Assembly (NCBI GenBank): GCA_035559535.1
Contig: DATMBG010000012.1
Location: forward strand, 62,001-126,000
DNA from: Candidatus Limnocylindrales bacterium
GTDB taxonomy: Bacteria > Moduliflexota > Moduliflexia > Moduliflexales > JAUQPW01
DNA: 64,000 bases
Direction: 5' to 3'
Shown here: positions 20,280-30,222 of the stretch, piece after piece
How positions within the stretch are numbered: the stretch's first letter is position 1
Layout: every line of letters starts with the position of its first letter
Notes under the pieces: generated by a model
What the model was told of the DNA's origin: nothing
What the model saw: the letters and a program-made list of their open reading frames with translations, nothing else
Databases searched by the model: none
Translations under genes and position numbers: made by a program

Positions 20280-20451
20280 GTGTGGGAGTATGGAGGTGTG
20301 GGAGTGTGGAAGTGTAGGAGTATGGAAGTATGGAAGTGTAGGGGTGTGGGAGAATAAGTACTTATACTCCCATACTCCCATACTCCCATACCCCCATACT
20401 CCCACACTCTCATACTCCCACACCCCCATACTCCCACACTTCCACACTTCC
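20280..20451. repeat. Tandem octamer inverted-repeat element
   Basis: (GTGTGGGA/GTATGGAA)n, centre AAGTACTT, then (CTCCCATA)n. Confidence 0.88.
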
Positions 20452-20452
20452 T

Positions 20453-21844
20453 CTAGCCCAGCAACACCTCAAAGGCTTCCTCCACAGAAGAAACCCCTTC
20501 GGTTTCAATATTAAAGGAATCTATCAATCGATCCAGGGAGTTTCTGGGGATCACGCATCGGGTGAAGCCGAGTTTCTCAGCTTCACGGAGACGGCTCTCA
20601 ATATGGGTTACTGCACGGACCTCCCCGGCCAGGCCCACTTCCCCGATGACAACGGTTTTACGATCAATGGGGATATTTTTAAAGCTCGAAGCAACGGCAG
20701 CGGTGAGTCCCAAGTCCACTGCCGGTTCATCTACTTTGACGCCTCCGGCGATATTGACGAATATATCCTGGGATTGGAGAAAGAGTCCAACCCGCTTTTC
20801 CAGGACTGCCATTAATAGAGATACCCGATTGGCGTCTACTCCTTTGGTCATACGTCTGGGTACCCCCAGATTACTGGGGGCTACCAGAGCCTGGAGCTCG
20901 ATAAGAATGGGTCGGGTCCCTTCGATGGAGGAGACCACAACCGAGCCCGAAACCCGATCACTGGGCCGCTCAGAGAGAAATAATTCAGATGGATTCGAGA
21001 CTTCCACGAGTCCGGAACTTTTCATTTCAAAGACTCCAATTTCGTTGGTGGAACCGAATCGGTTCTTAACGGCCCGTAAGATTCGATACGGATGATTCCG
21101 TTCGCCTTCAAAATACAGCACGGTATCTACAATATGTTCCAGAACCCTGGGACCGGCAATGGCTCCGGTTTTTGTAACGTGTCCTACAATAAAGGTTGAA
21201 AGGTTTGTTCTTTTGGATAAGTGCATCAATTGGGCGGCCACTTCCCGGACCTGACTCACGCTTCCCTGGGCAGATTGTAAGGCTGAAGTGAACATGGTTT
21301 GGATAGAGTCGATAACCAGAATATCGGGTTTTAACCTCTCAACCTGTCGAAAAATTTCCTCCAGGCAGGTTTCCGTTAAAATATAGAGGTTTCTATGGGA
21401 AATACCGAGACGATCTCCCCGGAGTTTGGTTTGTTCTGCCGATTCCTCACCTGAAACATACAGAATTTTTAAACCTCGACTGCTTAGTCCCCCAGTCGCT
21501 TGAAGAAGCAGCGTTGATTTACCTATACCGGGGTCTCCTCCGATTAAGATAACCGAACCCGGAATAATACCTCCTCCGAGTACACGATCGAACTCTTCTA
21601 TTGCACAGGAAAGTCGGATACTTTCTTTAATTTTGATCTCGGTGATGGGAATCGGTTCGGACCGGTAGGAAACCTTAGTTCCGGTATTCCTTACCGGAGA
21701 AACGGACTCTACCCGTTCCTCTACCAGACTGTTCCATTCTCCACAGTCCGGGCAACGACCCATCCATTTGGGAGATTTGTAGCCACAATTTTGGCAGGCA
21801 AAATACGTATGGGATTTACTCAAGGAATGAATAAGGTAAAACAT
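20453..21844 (-). CDS. radA: DNA repair protein RadA/Sms (true start may be TTG at 21823)
   Basis: CQNCG...WMGRCPDCGEW zinc finger, GGDPGIGKST, KNRFG. Confidence 0.97.
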   Translation of the reverse strand: MFYLIHSLSKSHTYFACQNCGYKSPKWMGRCPDCGEWNSLVEERVESVSPVRNTGTKVSYRSEPIPITEIKIKESIRLSCAIEEFDRVLGGGIIPGSVILIGGDPGIGKSTLLLQATGGLSSRGLKILYVSGEESAEQTKLRGDRLGISHRNLYILTETCLEEIFRQVERLKPDILVIDSIQTMFTSALQSAQGSVSQVREVAAQLMHLSKRTNLSTFIVGHVTKTGAIAGPRVLEHIVDTVLYFEGERNHPYRILRAVKNRFGSTNEIGVFEMKSSGLVEVSNPSELFLSERPSDRVSGSVVVSSIEGTRPILIELQALVAPSNLGVPRRMTKGVDANRVSLLMAVLEKRVGLFLQSQDIFVNIAGGVKVDEPAVDLGLTAAVASSFKNIPIDRKTVVIGEVGLAGEVRAVTHIESRLREAEKLGFTRCVIPRNSLDRLIDSFNIETEGVSSVEEAFEVLLG

Positions 21845-21916
21845 AACCCCGAAGAGGACGAAGGAGACCCACCTGTTAGCCTTAGCTTTACTTTGTGTTC
21901 TTCAAATTCTTCGTGG

Positions 21917-22189
21917 TTATGTTTTACGCATTTGATATTTAGGATCATTATACATTTTGAATTGGCGATAAACTTTGAGCTGTTTCTTTCCAGATAGAAC
22001 ATCTTGAACCAATTGATCCAGCTCAGCAATCAAATCATCTCGCTGTTGGGTCAGAATGAGTAACCTTTGTTGACACTCTTCGATATGGTTCTGGGAGACA
22101 TCTGATCGATTTATCTGTTCCTCCATGTGAAACCGCTTTAATTCGATTATAGATATTTTATCCACTAAGCTTCCCAGCGTTTCAGCCAT
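21917..22189 (-). CDS. DUF4254-like small protein
   Basis: [20 protein letters not shown]...L..QRDDL...[12 protein letters not shown]. Confidence 0.75.
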   Translation of the reverse strand: MAETLGSLVDKISIIELKRFHMEEQINRSDVSQNHIEECQQRLLILTQQRDDLIAELDQLVQDVLSGKKQLKVYRQFKMYNDPKYQMRKT

Positions 22190-22391
22190 TTTCCTCTTTT
22201 TGGGTAAGTTGAATAAGATGTTCGTCGATTTTTTCTATGAGATCATTACGAAGTTGATTTAATCGATCGATTTCCCGTTTTGCACGGGCAACTTGATGAT
22301 CATCGGTAGATCTGGCTTTCTCTTCTTCATGCCAGATAACGATATTGGTTCTGGCTAATTTACTGATTAATTGGCCTAAAGTTTCTTTCAT
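22182..22391 (-). CDS. DUF4254-like small protein
   Basis: IWHEEEKAR...[20 protein letters not shown]. Confidence 0.7.
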   Translation of the reverse strand: MKETLGQLISKLARTNIVIWHEEEKARSTDDHQVARAKREIDRLNQLRNDLIEKIDEHLIQLTQKEENG

Positions 22392-22723
22392 AACTCCAAG
22401 TTTTTAAGAATCTCAAAGATTACGGAACCCGGGGTCTGAAATTTTACTAGAAAGTTTATCGTAGCTAAAGAGATTTGTCAAGGGAAACAGCTTTTGTCTT
22501 AAACCTTCTTCATATTATTGCTGGAACAGCCCGGATACGGTAAATTATTTTGATATAAGTATGATGACCTGGAGAACTTTGTTTATCCTGTCGGATAGAT
22601 AAACCTGTTAGTTCAGGAAGTGACTTTCCGCCCGGGTACTTTTTCCTTGACAGGGGTATTCAGCTAATACTAAGGTTAAATTTATATTCTTTATAATTTC
22701 TGACTTACCTGTGAGGAGACGAC

Positions 22724-23884
22724 ATGAAGATCCACGAATATCAAGCGAAGCAAATTTTAGCAGAGTTTGGAGTGAGTGTCCCGAGGGGAGGGGTAGCCCA
22801 TACACCTTCAGAGGCCAGGGCCGTTGCCGAAAAGTTAGGAACCAGTCCTATGGTCCTCAAAGCCCAGATTCACGCAGGGGGACGGGGTAAAGCCGGGGGG
22901 ATCCGGCTGGCCCATTCTCCGGAAGAAGTCGAGTCTTTGGCCCGTCAGATGATAGGCCAAAAACTGGTTACGCCCCAGACCGGACCGCAAGGAAAAGAAG
23001 TGAAAAGGGTTCTCGTCGAAGAAGGGGTCTCGATTCTTCGGGAGCTTTATTTGGGAATGGTCATCGATCGATCCAGATCCCGACCTGTGGTTATGGCCAG
23101 TACCGAGGGAGGGGTTGAGATTGAGGAGGTTGCGGCAAAAGCCCCGGAGAAAATCTTGAAGGAATGGGTTGACCCGGCTGTGGGTCTGCAACCTTTTCAG
23201 GCGAGAAAGCTGGCTTATCAGCTTCAATTAACCCCTCAACAGGCAAAATCGGCTATTGATCTTATCCTTAAACTTTACAAGGTCTTTGAAGCCAAGGATT
23301 GCTCCCTGGCGGAGATCAATCCGCTGGTGATCACCCCCGATAACCGTGTTATAGCTCTGGATGCCAAGCTAAACTTTGATGATAATGCCCTATATCGCCA
23401 TGAGGAGATTGTTCAGCTTCGAGATTTAGATGAGGAAGATCCTCTCGAAGTGGAGGCCAATAAATATCGGCTGAATTATATAAAACTGGATGGAACCGTT
23501 GGATGTATGGTAAATGGAGCGGGTTTAGCCATGGCAACCATGGATATTATCCAGTTAGCGGGGGCCTCTCCGGCCAATTTTTTAGATGTAGGGGGTGGAG
23601 CCAGTGCCGAGATGATCGAGAATGCCTTCCGAATTCTTATCTCGGATCCCAATGTAAAGGCTGTGCTCATTAATATTTTTGGTGGAATCTTGCGATGTGA
23701 TCGACTGGCGACGGGGGTTGTAGAGGCGATGTCTAAACTCGACGTGAAAGTTCCAGTAGTTATTCGGATGGAAGGAACCAATGTCGAAGAAGGCAAACGT
23801 ATTTTAAAAGAATCGGGTTTTAATTTTATCATCGCCGATGGGATGAAGGACGCTGCAGAAAAGGTGGTGGCAGTTGCAAAATAA
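22724..23884 (+). CDS. sucC: Succinyl-CoA synthetase beta subunit
   Basis: [34 protein letters not shown]. Confidence 0.98.
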   Translation: MKIHEYQAKQILAEFGVSVPRGGVAHTPSEARAVAEKLGTSPMVLKAQIHAGGRGKAGGIRLAHSPEEVESLARQMIGQKLVTPQTGPQGKEVKRVLVEEGVSILRELYLGMVIDRSRSRPVVMASTEGGVEIEEVAAKAPEKILKEWVDPAVGLQPFQARKLAYQLQLTPQQAKSAIDLILKLYKVFEAKDCSLAEINPLVITPDNRVIALDAKLNFDDNALYRHEEIVQLRDLDEEDPLEVEANKYRLNYIKLDGTVGCMVNGAGLAMATMDIIQLAGASPANFLDVGGGASAEMIENAFRILISDPNVKAVLINIFGGILRCDRLATGVVEAMSKLDVKVPVVIRMEGTNVEEGKRILKESGFNFIIADGMKDAAEKVVAVAK

Positions 23885-23963
23885 ATAAAAGACAATCCAT
23901 GGTTTGTTGTTTATCATTTAATTTCCTACAACAGATCATGGGAAACAGACAACGGACCGAATC

Positions 23964-24845
23964 ATGAGTATTCTTGTAGACGAGCATACTCGGGTAATTG
24001 TTCAGGGGATTACAGGACGGGAGGGAACTTTTCATACCCGGCAGGCGGTAGCTTATGGAACCAAAGTGGTGGCAGGTGTAACTCCCGGAAAGGGAGGAGA
24101 ACAGATTGACGGTATACCTGTATACCATACCGTTGAGGAAGCAGTTGAGAAAACCGGAGCCAAGGCCTCGGTCATTTTTGTTCCACCTCCTTTTGCTGCC
24201 GATGCAATTATGGAGGCCGCCGATGCTGAATTAGACCTGGTGGTTTGTATTACAGAAGGAATTCCGGTTCTGGATATGGTGAGAGTTTGTCGCTATCTAG
24301 AGGGGAAGAAAACCCGGTTAATTGGACCTAACTGCCCGGGAATCATTTCACCTGGAAAATGTAAAATCGGCATTATGCCGGGGCATATTCATAAACCCGG
24401 TCCTATTGGTGTTATTTCCAGAAGTGGTACGCTTACGTACGAAGCGGTAGGGCAATTAACCAAAAAGAACCTGGGTCAATCAACCTGTATCGGAATTGGA
24501 GGGGATCCCATTGTCGGAACCCATTTTATTGACTGCTTAAAGCTCTTTGAAGAAGATCCAGAAACCAAAGCGGTAGTTTTAATTGGGGAAATCGGCGGAA
24601 CCGCCGAAGAAGAAGCTGCTGAATACATTAAACAAAAGGTCACCAAACCTGTCATTGGCTTTATTGCGGGTCAGACTGCACCTTCTGGCCGAAGAATGGG
24701 TCATGCCGGTGCGATTATAGCCGGGGGAAAAGGAACGGCTGCCGAGAAATTTGCAGCCCTCGAGAAGGCCGGTGTAATTATCTGTAAGAGTCCTGCGGAG
24801 ATAGGAGATACGGTAGCTGCAACCATTAAATACCCCGAAAGGTGA
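23964..24845 (+). CDS. sucD: Succinyl-CoA synthetase alpha subunit
   Basis: [27 protein letters not shown]. Confidence 0.98.
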   Translation: MSILVDEHTRVIVQGITGREGTFHTRQAVAYGTKVVAGVTPGKGGEQIDGIPVYHTVEEAVEKTGAKASVIFVPPPFAADAIMEAADAELDLVVCITEGIPVLDMVRVCRYLEGKKTRLIGPNCPGIISPGKCKIGIMPGHIHKPGPIGVISRSGTLTYEAVGQLTKKNLGQSTCIGIGGDPIVGTHFIDCLKLFEEDPETKAVVLIGEIGGTAEEEAAEYIKQKVTKPVIGFIAGQTAPSGRRMGHAGAIIAGGKGTAAEKFAALEKAGVIICKSPAEIGDTVAATIKYPER

Positions 24846-24910
24846 AAGGCGAAAGGGTAGAGACGGTTTTTCCTTTCGTCTTTCATCCGGGCGTTTTGGT
24901 CACACAGTTC

Positions 24911-25345
24911 ATGGAACGAACCCTTGTTATTATTAAACCAGATGCGGTGGAAAGAGGTCTGATAGGTAAAATTATAGCCCGATTTGAAGAAAAGGGACTT
25001 AAGGTCCTGGCCATGAAAATGGTTCACCTTACGAAAGCAGAAGCCGAAGGATTCTATCAAGTTCATCGGGGACGTCCATTTTTTGAGAGTCTGACTAGGT
25101 TTATGTCTTCATCGCCCATTGTTCCCATGGTTTTAGAAGGTCCCGAGGCCATAACCAGAGTTCGGGAGTTGATGGGAGCGACGAATCCTGCAAATGCAGC
25201 CGAAGGAACCATCCGGAAGGATTTTGCCCTGGATGTGGAAAAGAACTCAGTTCATGGCTCAGATTCCCCTAATTCGGCAGCAATAGAAATTCCCTATTTT
25301 TTTAGCTCCCTGGAACTCCATTCGTACCAAAGATCAAATCCATGA
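24911..25345 (+). CDS. ndk: Nucleoside diphosphate kinase
   Basis: [13 protein letters not shown]...GTIR...NSVHGSDS; start moved to 24911. Confidence 0.97.
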   Translation: MERTLVIIKPDAVERGLIGKIIARFEEKGLKVLAMKMVHLTKAEAEGFYQVHRGRPFFESLTRFMSSSPIVPMVLEGPEAITRVRELMGATNPANAAEGTIRKDFALDVEKNSVHGSDSPNSAAIEIPYFFSSLELHSYQRSNP

Positions 25346-26118
25346 AACTCCTTCCCAGGTTATTGATTATAACTTCCTTCACCCTCTTACTTTTTTTACC
25401 CCAGAGTTCCCGTTCAGTCCCCCAATCCTTGAATTGGAAAGTTCTGGCTTCAGGCCTTGAATACGGAATTATGGAGTTTCGTACAGGGTTGTATCGGACC
25501 GATATCCGGTTGAAGGTCCTGAAGGTGGATCCTTATCAGTATCCTGTTCGGATTATTCAAAGTAAAGATTATAACGAAAAAAAACTAAGTGTGAAGGAAT
25601 TTTCCAGGAAGAGTGGGGCAATAGCTGCCATCAATGGAGGTTTTTTTCTCTCCAACTATGAACCTGTGGGTCTTATTATCCAGAACCATGTGGTTCTCAA
25701 TCAGATGTCCAGAGCCGATTGGGGGATATTTCTGATCGAAAAGGGAGAACCAAAAATTATCCATACCAGAGAATACCAATATAATCCCCACATCTCCCAG
25801 GCGCTCCAGGTAGGACCTCGACTGGTAGTTAATGGAAGGGTTGTAAAGTTGAAAAATCAAGTTTCCCGGCGATCTGCCCTTGGAATTACTAAGGATAAAA
25901 AGCTTATTTTTGTCATATCTGATGCTTCAGTGGTTTATGCAGATGATTTAGCCAAAATTATGAGGTTATCCTTTTCAGAAGGCGGATTGGGATGCGAGTC
26001 GGCCCTTAATTTAGATGGAGGTCCTTCGAGTCAGTTTTATCTCAATTATAATGGATTTGAGGATTCGGTGGAAGGGGGTTGGGAGGTTCCAAATGCTATA
26101 GGAGTTTTTGTTCAGTAG
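25342..26118 (+). CDS. Exported phosphodiester glycosidase (NAGPA-like) family protein
   Basis: Signal peptide, [28 protein letters not shown]. Confidence 0.85.
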   Translation: MKLLPRLLIITSFTLLLFLPQSSRSVPQSLNWKVLASGLEYGIMEFRTGLYRTDIRLKVLKVDPYQYPVRIIQSKDYNEKKLSVKEFSRKSGAIAAINGGFFLSNYEPVGLIIQNHVVLNQMSRADWGIFLIEKGEPKIIHTREYQYNPHISQALQVGPRLVVNGRVVKLKNQVSRRSALGITKDKKLIFVISDASVVYADDLAKIMRLSFSEGGLGCESALNLDGGPSSQFYLNYNGFEDSVEGGWEVPNAIGVFVQ

Positions 26119-26205
26119 TAGGAAATAGGGGGCAAGAAGTAAGAGACAATAAGAGGTAAATAGCAAGAAATCCTTTTCTTGCTTCCTACTTCTTGCTTCT
26201 GAATT

Positions 26206-27555
26206 ATGGGTCAAACTAAAAAAATCCTGGTCATCAGTGACGATCCCCAGACTCTTCACCTGGCCAGTAAAGCATTACAGAAACCTGGCTGTAAAGTCAT
26301 TTTCGCCGAGAAGGGTCCACTGGCTTTGGATTTAATCGAGCAGAATTTATTTGAAGCCATTATAGTCGATTTAAAAATGCCAGATGTGGACGGTTTTGAG
26401 ATTTTGAAGATTGCTAAACTTCGGAGTTCGAATACCCCTCTGATTACGGTGGTAGAACCGGAGGATGTGAAGCTGGCTGTTAAAGCCATGCAAAAGGGAG
26501 CCTATGGCTACCTGATAAAGCCGATAAACTTCTATGAACTTCAGGTACTTATCAAAAGAGCCCTGGATCAACAACAAATGCTCACCGAGGTAGTCGAGCT
26601 CCGGAAACGGCTGGATAAAAAATATGCCTTTGAAAATATTGTCCGAAACTCCGAGGCTATGCAGCGGATCTGTGATACCATTGCCCGCATCAGTTTAACC
26701 AGAAGTACCATTTTAATCCAGGGTGAAAGTGGTACCGGAAAAGAATTGATAGCCCGAGCCATTCACCACAACAGTGCCCATCGCGATAAACCCTTTATTG
26801 CCTTGAATTGTGGCGCGATCCCAGAAGGAATCATTGAAAGCGAGCTTTTTGGACATGAAAGGGGTGCTTTTACGGGAGCCTGGAGCGTCCGAAAAGGTAT
26901 GTTCGAACTGGCCAACGGCGGAACTCTCTTCTTAGATGAAATCGGTGAGATGAGCCTTTCGACCCAGGTTAAATTGCTTCGAGTTCTGGAACAAAAAGAA
27001 TTTATGCGGGTAGGCGGTGCCAAAACGATTCGAGTCGATGTAAATATTATTGCCGCTACCAATACGAATCTGGAAGAGGCTGTGCGGCAAAAAACATTTC
27101 GGGAGGATCTCTACTACCGACTTAAAGTCATTACCCTTTATTTACCTCCGCTTAGAGAGAGAAGAGAAGATATTCCGTTGCTTGTGCAGAAATTTATTGA
27201 AGAGTTTAATCAGGAAAATAACAGGTCTGTTCGGGGTATCGAACCTAAAGCCCTTACCCTACTCCAAAATTATCATTGGCCTGGAAACGTACGGGAATTG
27301 AAAAACTGCATCGAAAGCTTGGTAGTTACTTCCCGCGGAGAATATATTCGTGTGGAAGATCTTCCTCCCTACATCTTGAAGGCCATCCATCCGGAACCTG
27401 AAATGAGTTTCAAAATCGGAACACCTTTAGATGAAATAGAAAAAGAAGTCATTCAAAAAACCCTGGCCTATGTCAACGGGAATAAGACCAGAGCCGCCAA
27501 ACTCCTAAAAATCGGCTTGAGAACCCTTCATCGGAAGATTAAAAAATATCAGTAA
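26206..27555 (+). CDS. Sigma54-dependent response regulator (NtrC family)
   Basis: REC domain, GESGTGKE, ESELFGHERGAFTGA, WPGNVREL, Fis HTH. Confidence 0.95.
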   Translation: MGQTKKILVISDDPQTLHLASKALQKPGCKVIFAEKGPLALDLIEQNLFEAIIVDLKMPDVDGFEILKIAKLRSSNTPLITVVEPEDVKLAVKAMQKGAYGYLIKPINFYELQVLIKRALDQQQMLTEVVELRKRLDKKYAFENIVRNSEAMQRICDTIARISLTRSTILIQGESGTGKELIARAIHHNSAHRDKPFIALNCGAIPEGIIESELFGHERGAFTGAWSVRKGMFELANGGTLFLDEIGEMSLSTQVKLLRVLEQKEFMRVGGAKTIRVDVNIIAATNTNLEEAVRQKTFREDLYYRLKVITLYLPPLRERREDIPLLVQKFIEEFNQENNRSVRGIEPKALTLLQNYHWPGNVRELKNCIESLVVTSRGEYIRVEDLPPYILKAIHPEPEMSFKIGTPLDEIEKEVIQKTLAYVNGNKTRAAKLLKIGLRTLHRKIKKYQ

Positions 27556-27616
27556 AGGAAGCAGAAGATAAAAAAATCGGATCTTATGCCTTGCCCTGTG
27601 AAGCGGTAACCTGACC

Positions 27617-27677
27617 GGTAGGAGTCATCTTATGGGGTTGTCCCGTTGAAGGGTGACCTGTAAGGTCACCCAACCCT
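27617..27677. repeat. Degenerate GTAG REP-like palindrome
   Basis: GTAGGAGTCATC...GGTTGTCCC...GGGTGACCTGTAAGGTCACCC between convergent genes. Confidence 0.4.
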
Positions 27678-27689
27678 TCCCTAATTCCA

Positions 27690-28556
27690 TCAATTCTTTA
27701 ATCTTGGAATATTTGTGAAGGTCAGGACACCGTTTTTATCGACGAATCGATAAATAGGTTCTGAAAATCGAGCAAAAGTTGAGGAAAGACCCGATAAACT
27801 TAAAACCTTCTGCACATAGTTTTGAGTTTCCGTAATAGGAGGAACATTATTACCATATTGCACAACCCTTTGCTCCCCCGCATTGTAACCGGCCAGCACC
27901 AGCTTTAAATCTCCTCCAAAAAGATCCCACAGAAATCGAAGATATTTGATCCCTCCCGCAATATTTTCATGGGGATCAAAAGGATCGTTAACACCAAACC
28001 GTTTGGCCGTTTCAGGCATTAATTGCATAAGACCTTGAGCCCCTTTGGGAGAAACGGCTTTTGGGTTGTAATTGGATTCTACTTTGATGATCGCCTTCAC
28101 CAGGTCTGGATTAATCTTGTATTTTTGAGCCATTTCTTCTATATGCTCTTTATAAGGTGAAGGGATAGATCTGCTCTCATCTGAACGTATAGGACCGGTA
28201 GAGGGAGGTTTCGAAAGCTGAATCATGCTTTTCTCTGAAACAGACGTCAAAACCAAAGGTTTGAAGGGATCTTTGGGTAAAATCAAGTTGGATCCCTGGT
28301 TTTTTCCTAAAGCAGATTGCGAGATGAAAATTCTTGGTGTGGTTTTCTTTTTATTACTTCGAACCTGGGAAGAGGATTTGCTATAGATCTTTACCTTGTA
28401 AGGTACATTTCGAGGAGGAGTATCTGTAAAGGTGAGCACGCCGTTTTTATCAATATACTGATAAATTTCTCCCCAAGCTTCGGTAGAGATAAGAATTAAA
28501 AAGAAAAGAATACAAAGTCCTGATCCATACTTATGGAGAGAAAAACAATTTATCAT
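27690..28556 (-). CDS. Lytic transglycosylase (SLT) with DUF4124-like segments; start uncertain
   Basis: AIIKVESNYNPKAVSPKGAQGLMQLMP, AGYNAG, ETQNYV; IYQYIDKNGVLTFT motif at both ends. Confidence 0.9.
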   Translation of the reverse strand: MINCFSLHKYGSGLCILFFLILISTEAWGEIYQYIDKNGVLTFTDTPPRNVPYKVKIYSKSSSQVRSNKKKTTPRIFISQSALGKNQGSNLILPKDPFKPLVLTSVSEKSMIQLSKPPSTGPIRSDESRSIPSPYKEHIEEMAQKYKINPDLVKAIIKVESNYNPKAVSPKGAQGLMQLMPETAKRFGVNDPFDPHENIAGGIKYLRFLWDLFGGDLKLVLAGYNAGEQRVVQYGNNVPPITETQNYVQKVLSLSGLSSTFARFSEPIYRFVDKNGVLTFTNIPRLKN

Positions 28557-29301
28557 ATTCCTTCTGAGCCTTGACATAAGGTTGAACAGTTGGGATAAGC
28601 CTCCAAAGCCCACTACGAGTCCCATCATATAAATGCAAACCGATCTGTGCGTCAAGAAAAAAATGCAGGAGAAAATAAGAAAAGACCTGATTATTTCTAT
28701 GAGAACCGGCATCCACACGACGCTGGAAGATTAAGGAGGGTCATTCTGACCTGGAATCCTTAGAAGATGGGAAGGCCTTCGAGGTGGTGGTCAGCCAAAC
28801 GGTAAAGGCCATGATCTTCTTCATATTCCCAGAGGGAGAATGGGAGAGTAGGTTGGGAATGGGTGGGGATTCTGGAAAAACAGAATTATTTGGACTCCCT
28901 TTTACCTGGTTCTTTACCCAGGCTCAGTACTTTTTTGATTTTATTTTCTATTTCTGAGAAGGTAACTGGACTGTCAATAACTTTTCAATGACAAGTTATT
29001 AGGAAAATTTAACAAGATTCTCACATAAAAGGATTCAGTTTCTCAGAGGACCGTAATTACCAGTTGGAGTCAGGAAATTTCCTTTAAAAGAACTTGACAA
29101 GGCAATAAAATATATAATATTTAACCCAATTATATGGGTTTTATTGTATTGCCTTTTCAAGGAGTTTAAAATCATCTTATGATCAGCCTATTGTCTCGCT
29201 CAGAGCTGATCTTACGGCTATACAATCCGGTTAGTGCCTATCAAACGCTCTTCTCTTATACACCCTGAAGCCAGAAACAACTGAGTGTCTAGAGAAATTA
29301 T

Positions 29302-30222
29302 ATGAAAGGTAAGGATAGAGGGGATGGATCTTTATATTTTAAGGAATTTGTTAGGCAAACTAATCAAGATGAAGAGTCGAAAAATGGAGAAACTTTAGAA
29401 AAAATGACAGATGGGGCAGAATGTATCATTTTTGCCAATCACAAAGGTGGTACCGGTAAGACTACATCTTGCCTCAGTATCGCAGGTTATCTTGCGAAGG
29501 ATGGTTATAGGGTGCTCGTGGTAGACCTGGATCCTCAAGCCAATGCCACCTCTGGATTAGGCATAGAGACTACCTCTCTGCAATACTCTATCTACGATGT
29601 AATCTTAGATCAGTGTATCTGGCATGAGGAGATGCTCATCACTCAGGTTATAGTTGAAACGGGTATAGAAAACTTACATCTTGTACCCTCTGAATTAGAT
29701 CTGACAGTGGCAGAAGTTGTTATGCAAGATGTTAAAGATAAAACATTCATTTTGGACCGGATTCTGGAGACCGTCAGATTAATGTATGACTACATACTTG
29801 TTGACCCACCACCGAGTTTGGGTCTTCTGACTTTAAATGGACTCTGTGCCGCTAACCAGGTAATCGTACCTTTAGATCCCAGTATCTTCTCTTTAGAAGC
29901 TTTAGATAATCTCAAAAGATCTTTTCAAGATATCAAACAAATGACGGGGCATTCCTTCGACCAAATCATCGCAATTTTGGTCCGATATGTCAAATCTACC
30001 CTATTTTCAAAGATACGCCGCCAACGTACTCCATCCCAGGAAGTGGAAATAAGGCTCCGAGAAATGTTTCATACGGTATTTATTGTCCCGGATTCTGCAG
30101 AAGTCTTCCAGGCTCAACGTGAAGGGATACCTATATCTCACTATGCACCGAAAAGTAAGGTTGGGAAGGCTTATGCAGAAATTGCTAAGAATATCAGTAT
30201 CCATACCAAAAGGAGGAAGTGA
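29302..30222 (+). CDS. ParA/Soj-family ATPase, probably chemosensory-array positioning
   Basis: NHKGGTGKTT, DLDPQANAT, DPPPSLG; stop overlaps the MCP start. Confidence 0.9.
   Translation: MKGKDRGDGSLYFKEFVRQTNQDEESKNGETLEKMTDGAECIIFANHKGGTGKTTSCLSIAGYLAKDGYRVLVVDLDPQANATSGLGIETTSLQYSIYDVILDQCIWHEEMLITQVIVETGIENLHLVPSELDLTVAEVVMQDVKDKTFILDRILETVRLMYDYILVDPPPSLGLLTLNGLCAANQVIVPLDPSIFSLEALDNLKRSFQDIKQMTGHSFDQIIAILVRYVKSTLFSKIRRQRTPSQEVEIRLREMFHTVFIVPDSAEVFQAQREGIPISHYAPKSKVGKAYAEIAKNISIHTKRRK

Noticed and set aside
29302-30222. parA as a marker of a plasmid or chromosome partition locus
   Set aside because: No parB, parS or replication genes; it overlaps the MCP start, which fits array positioning
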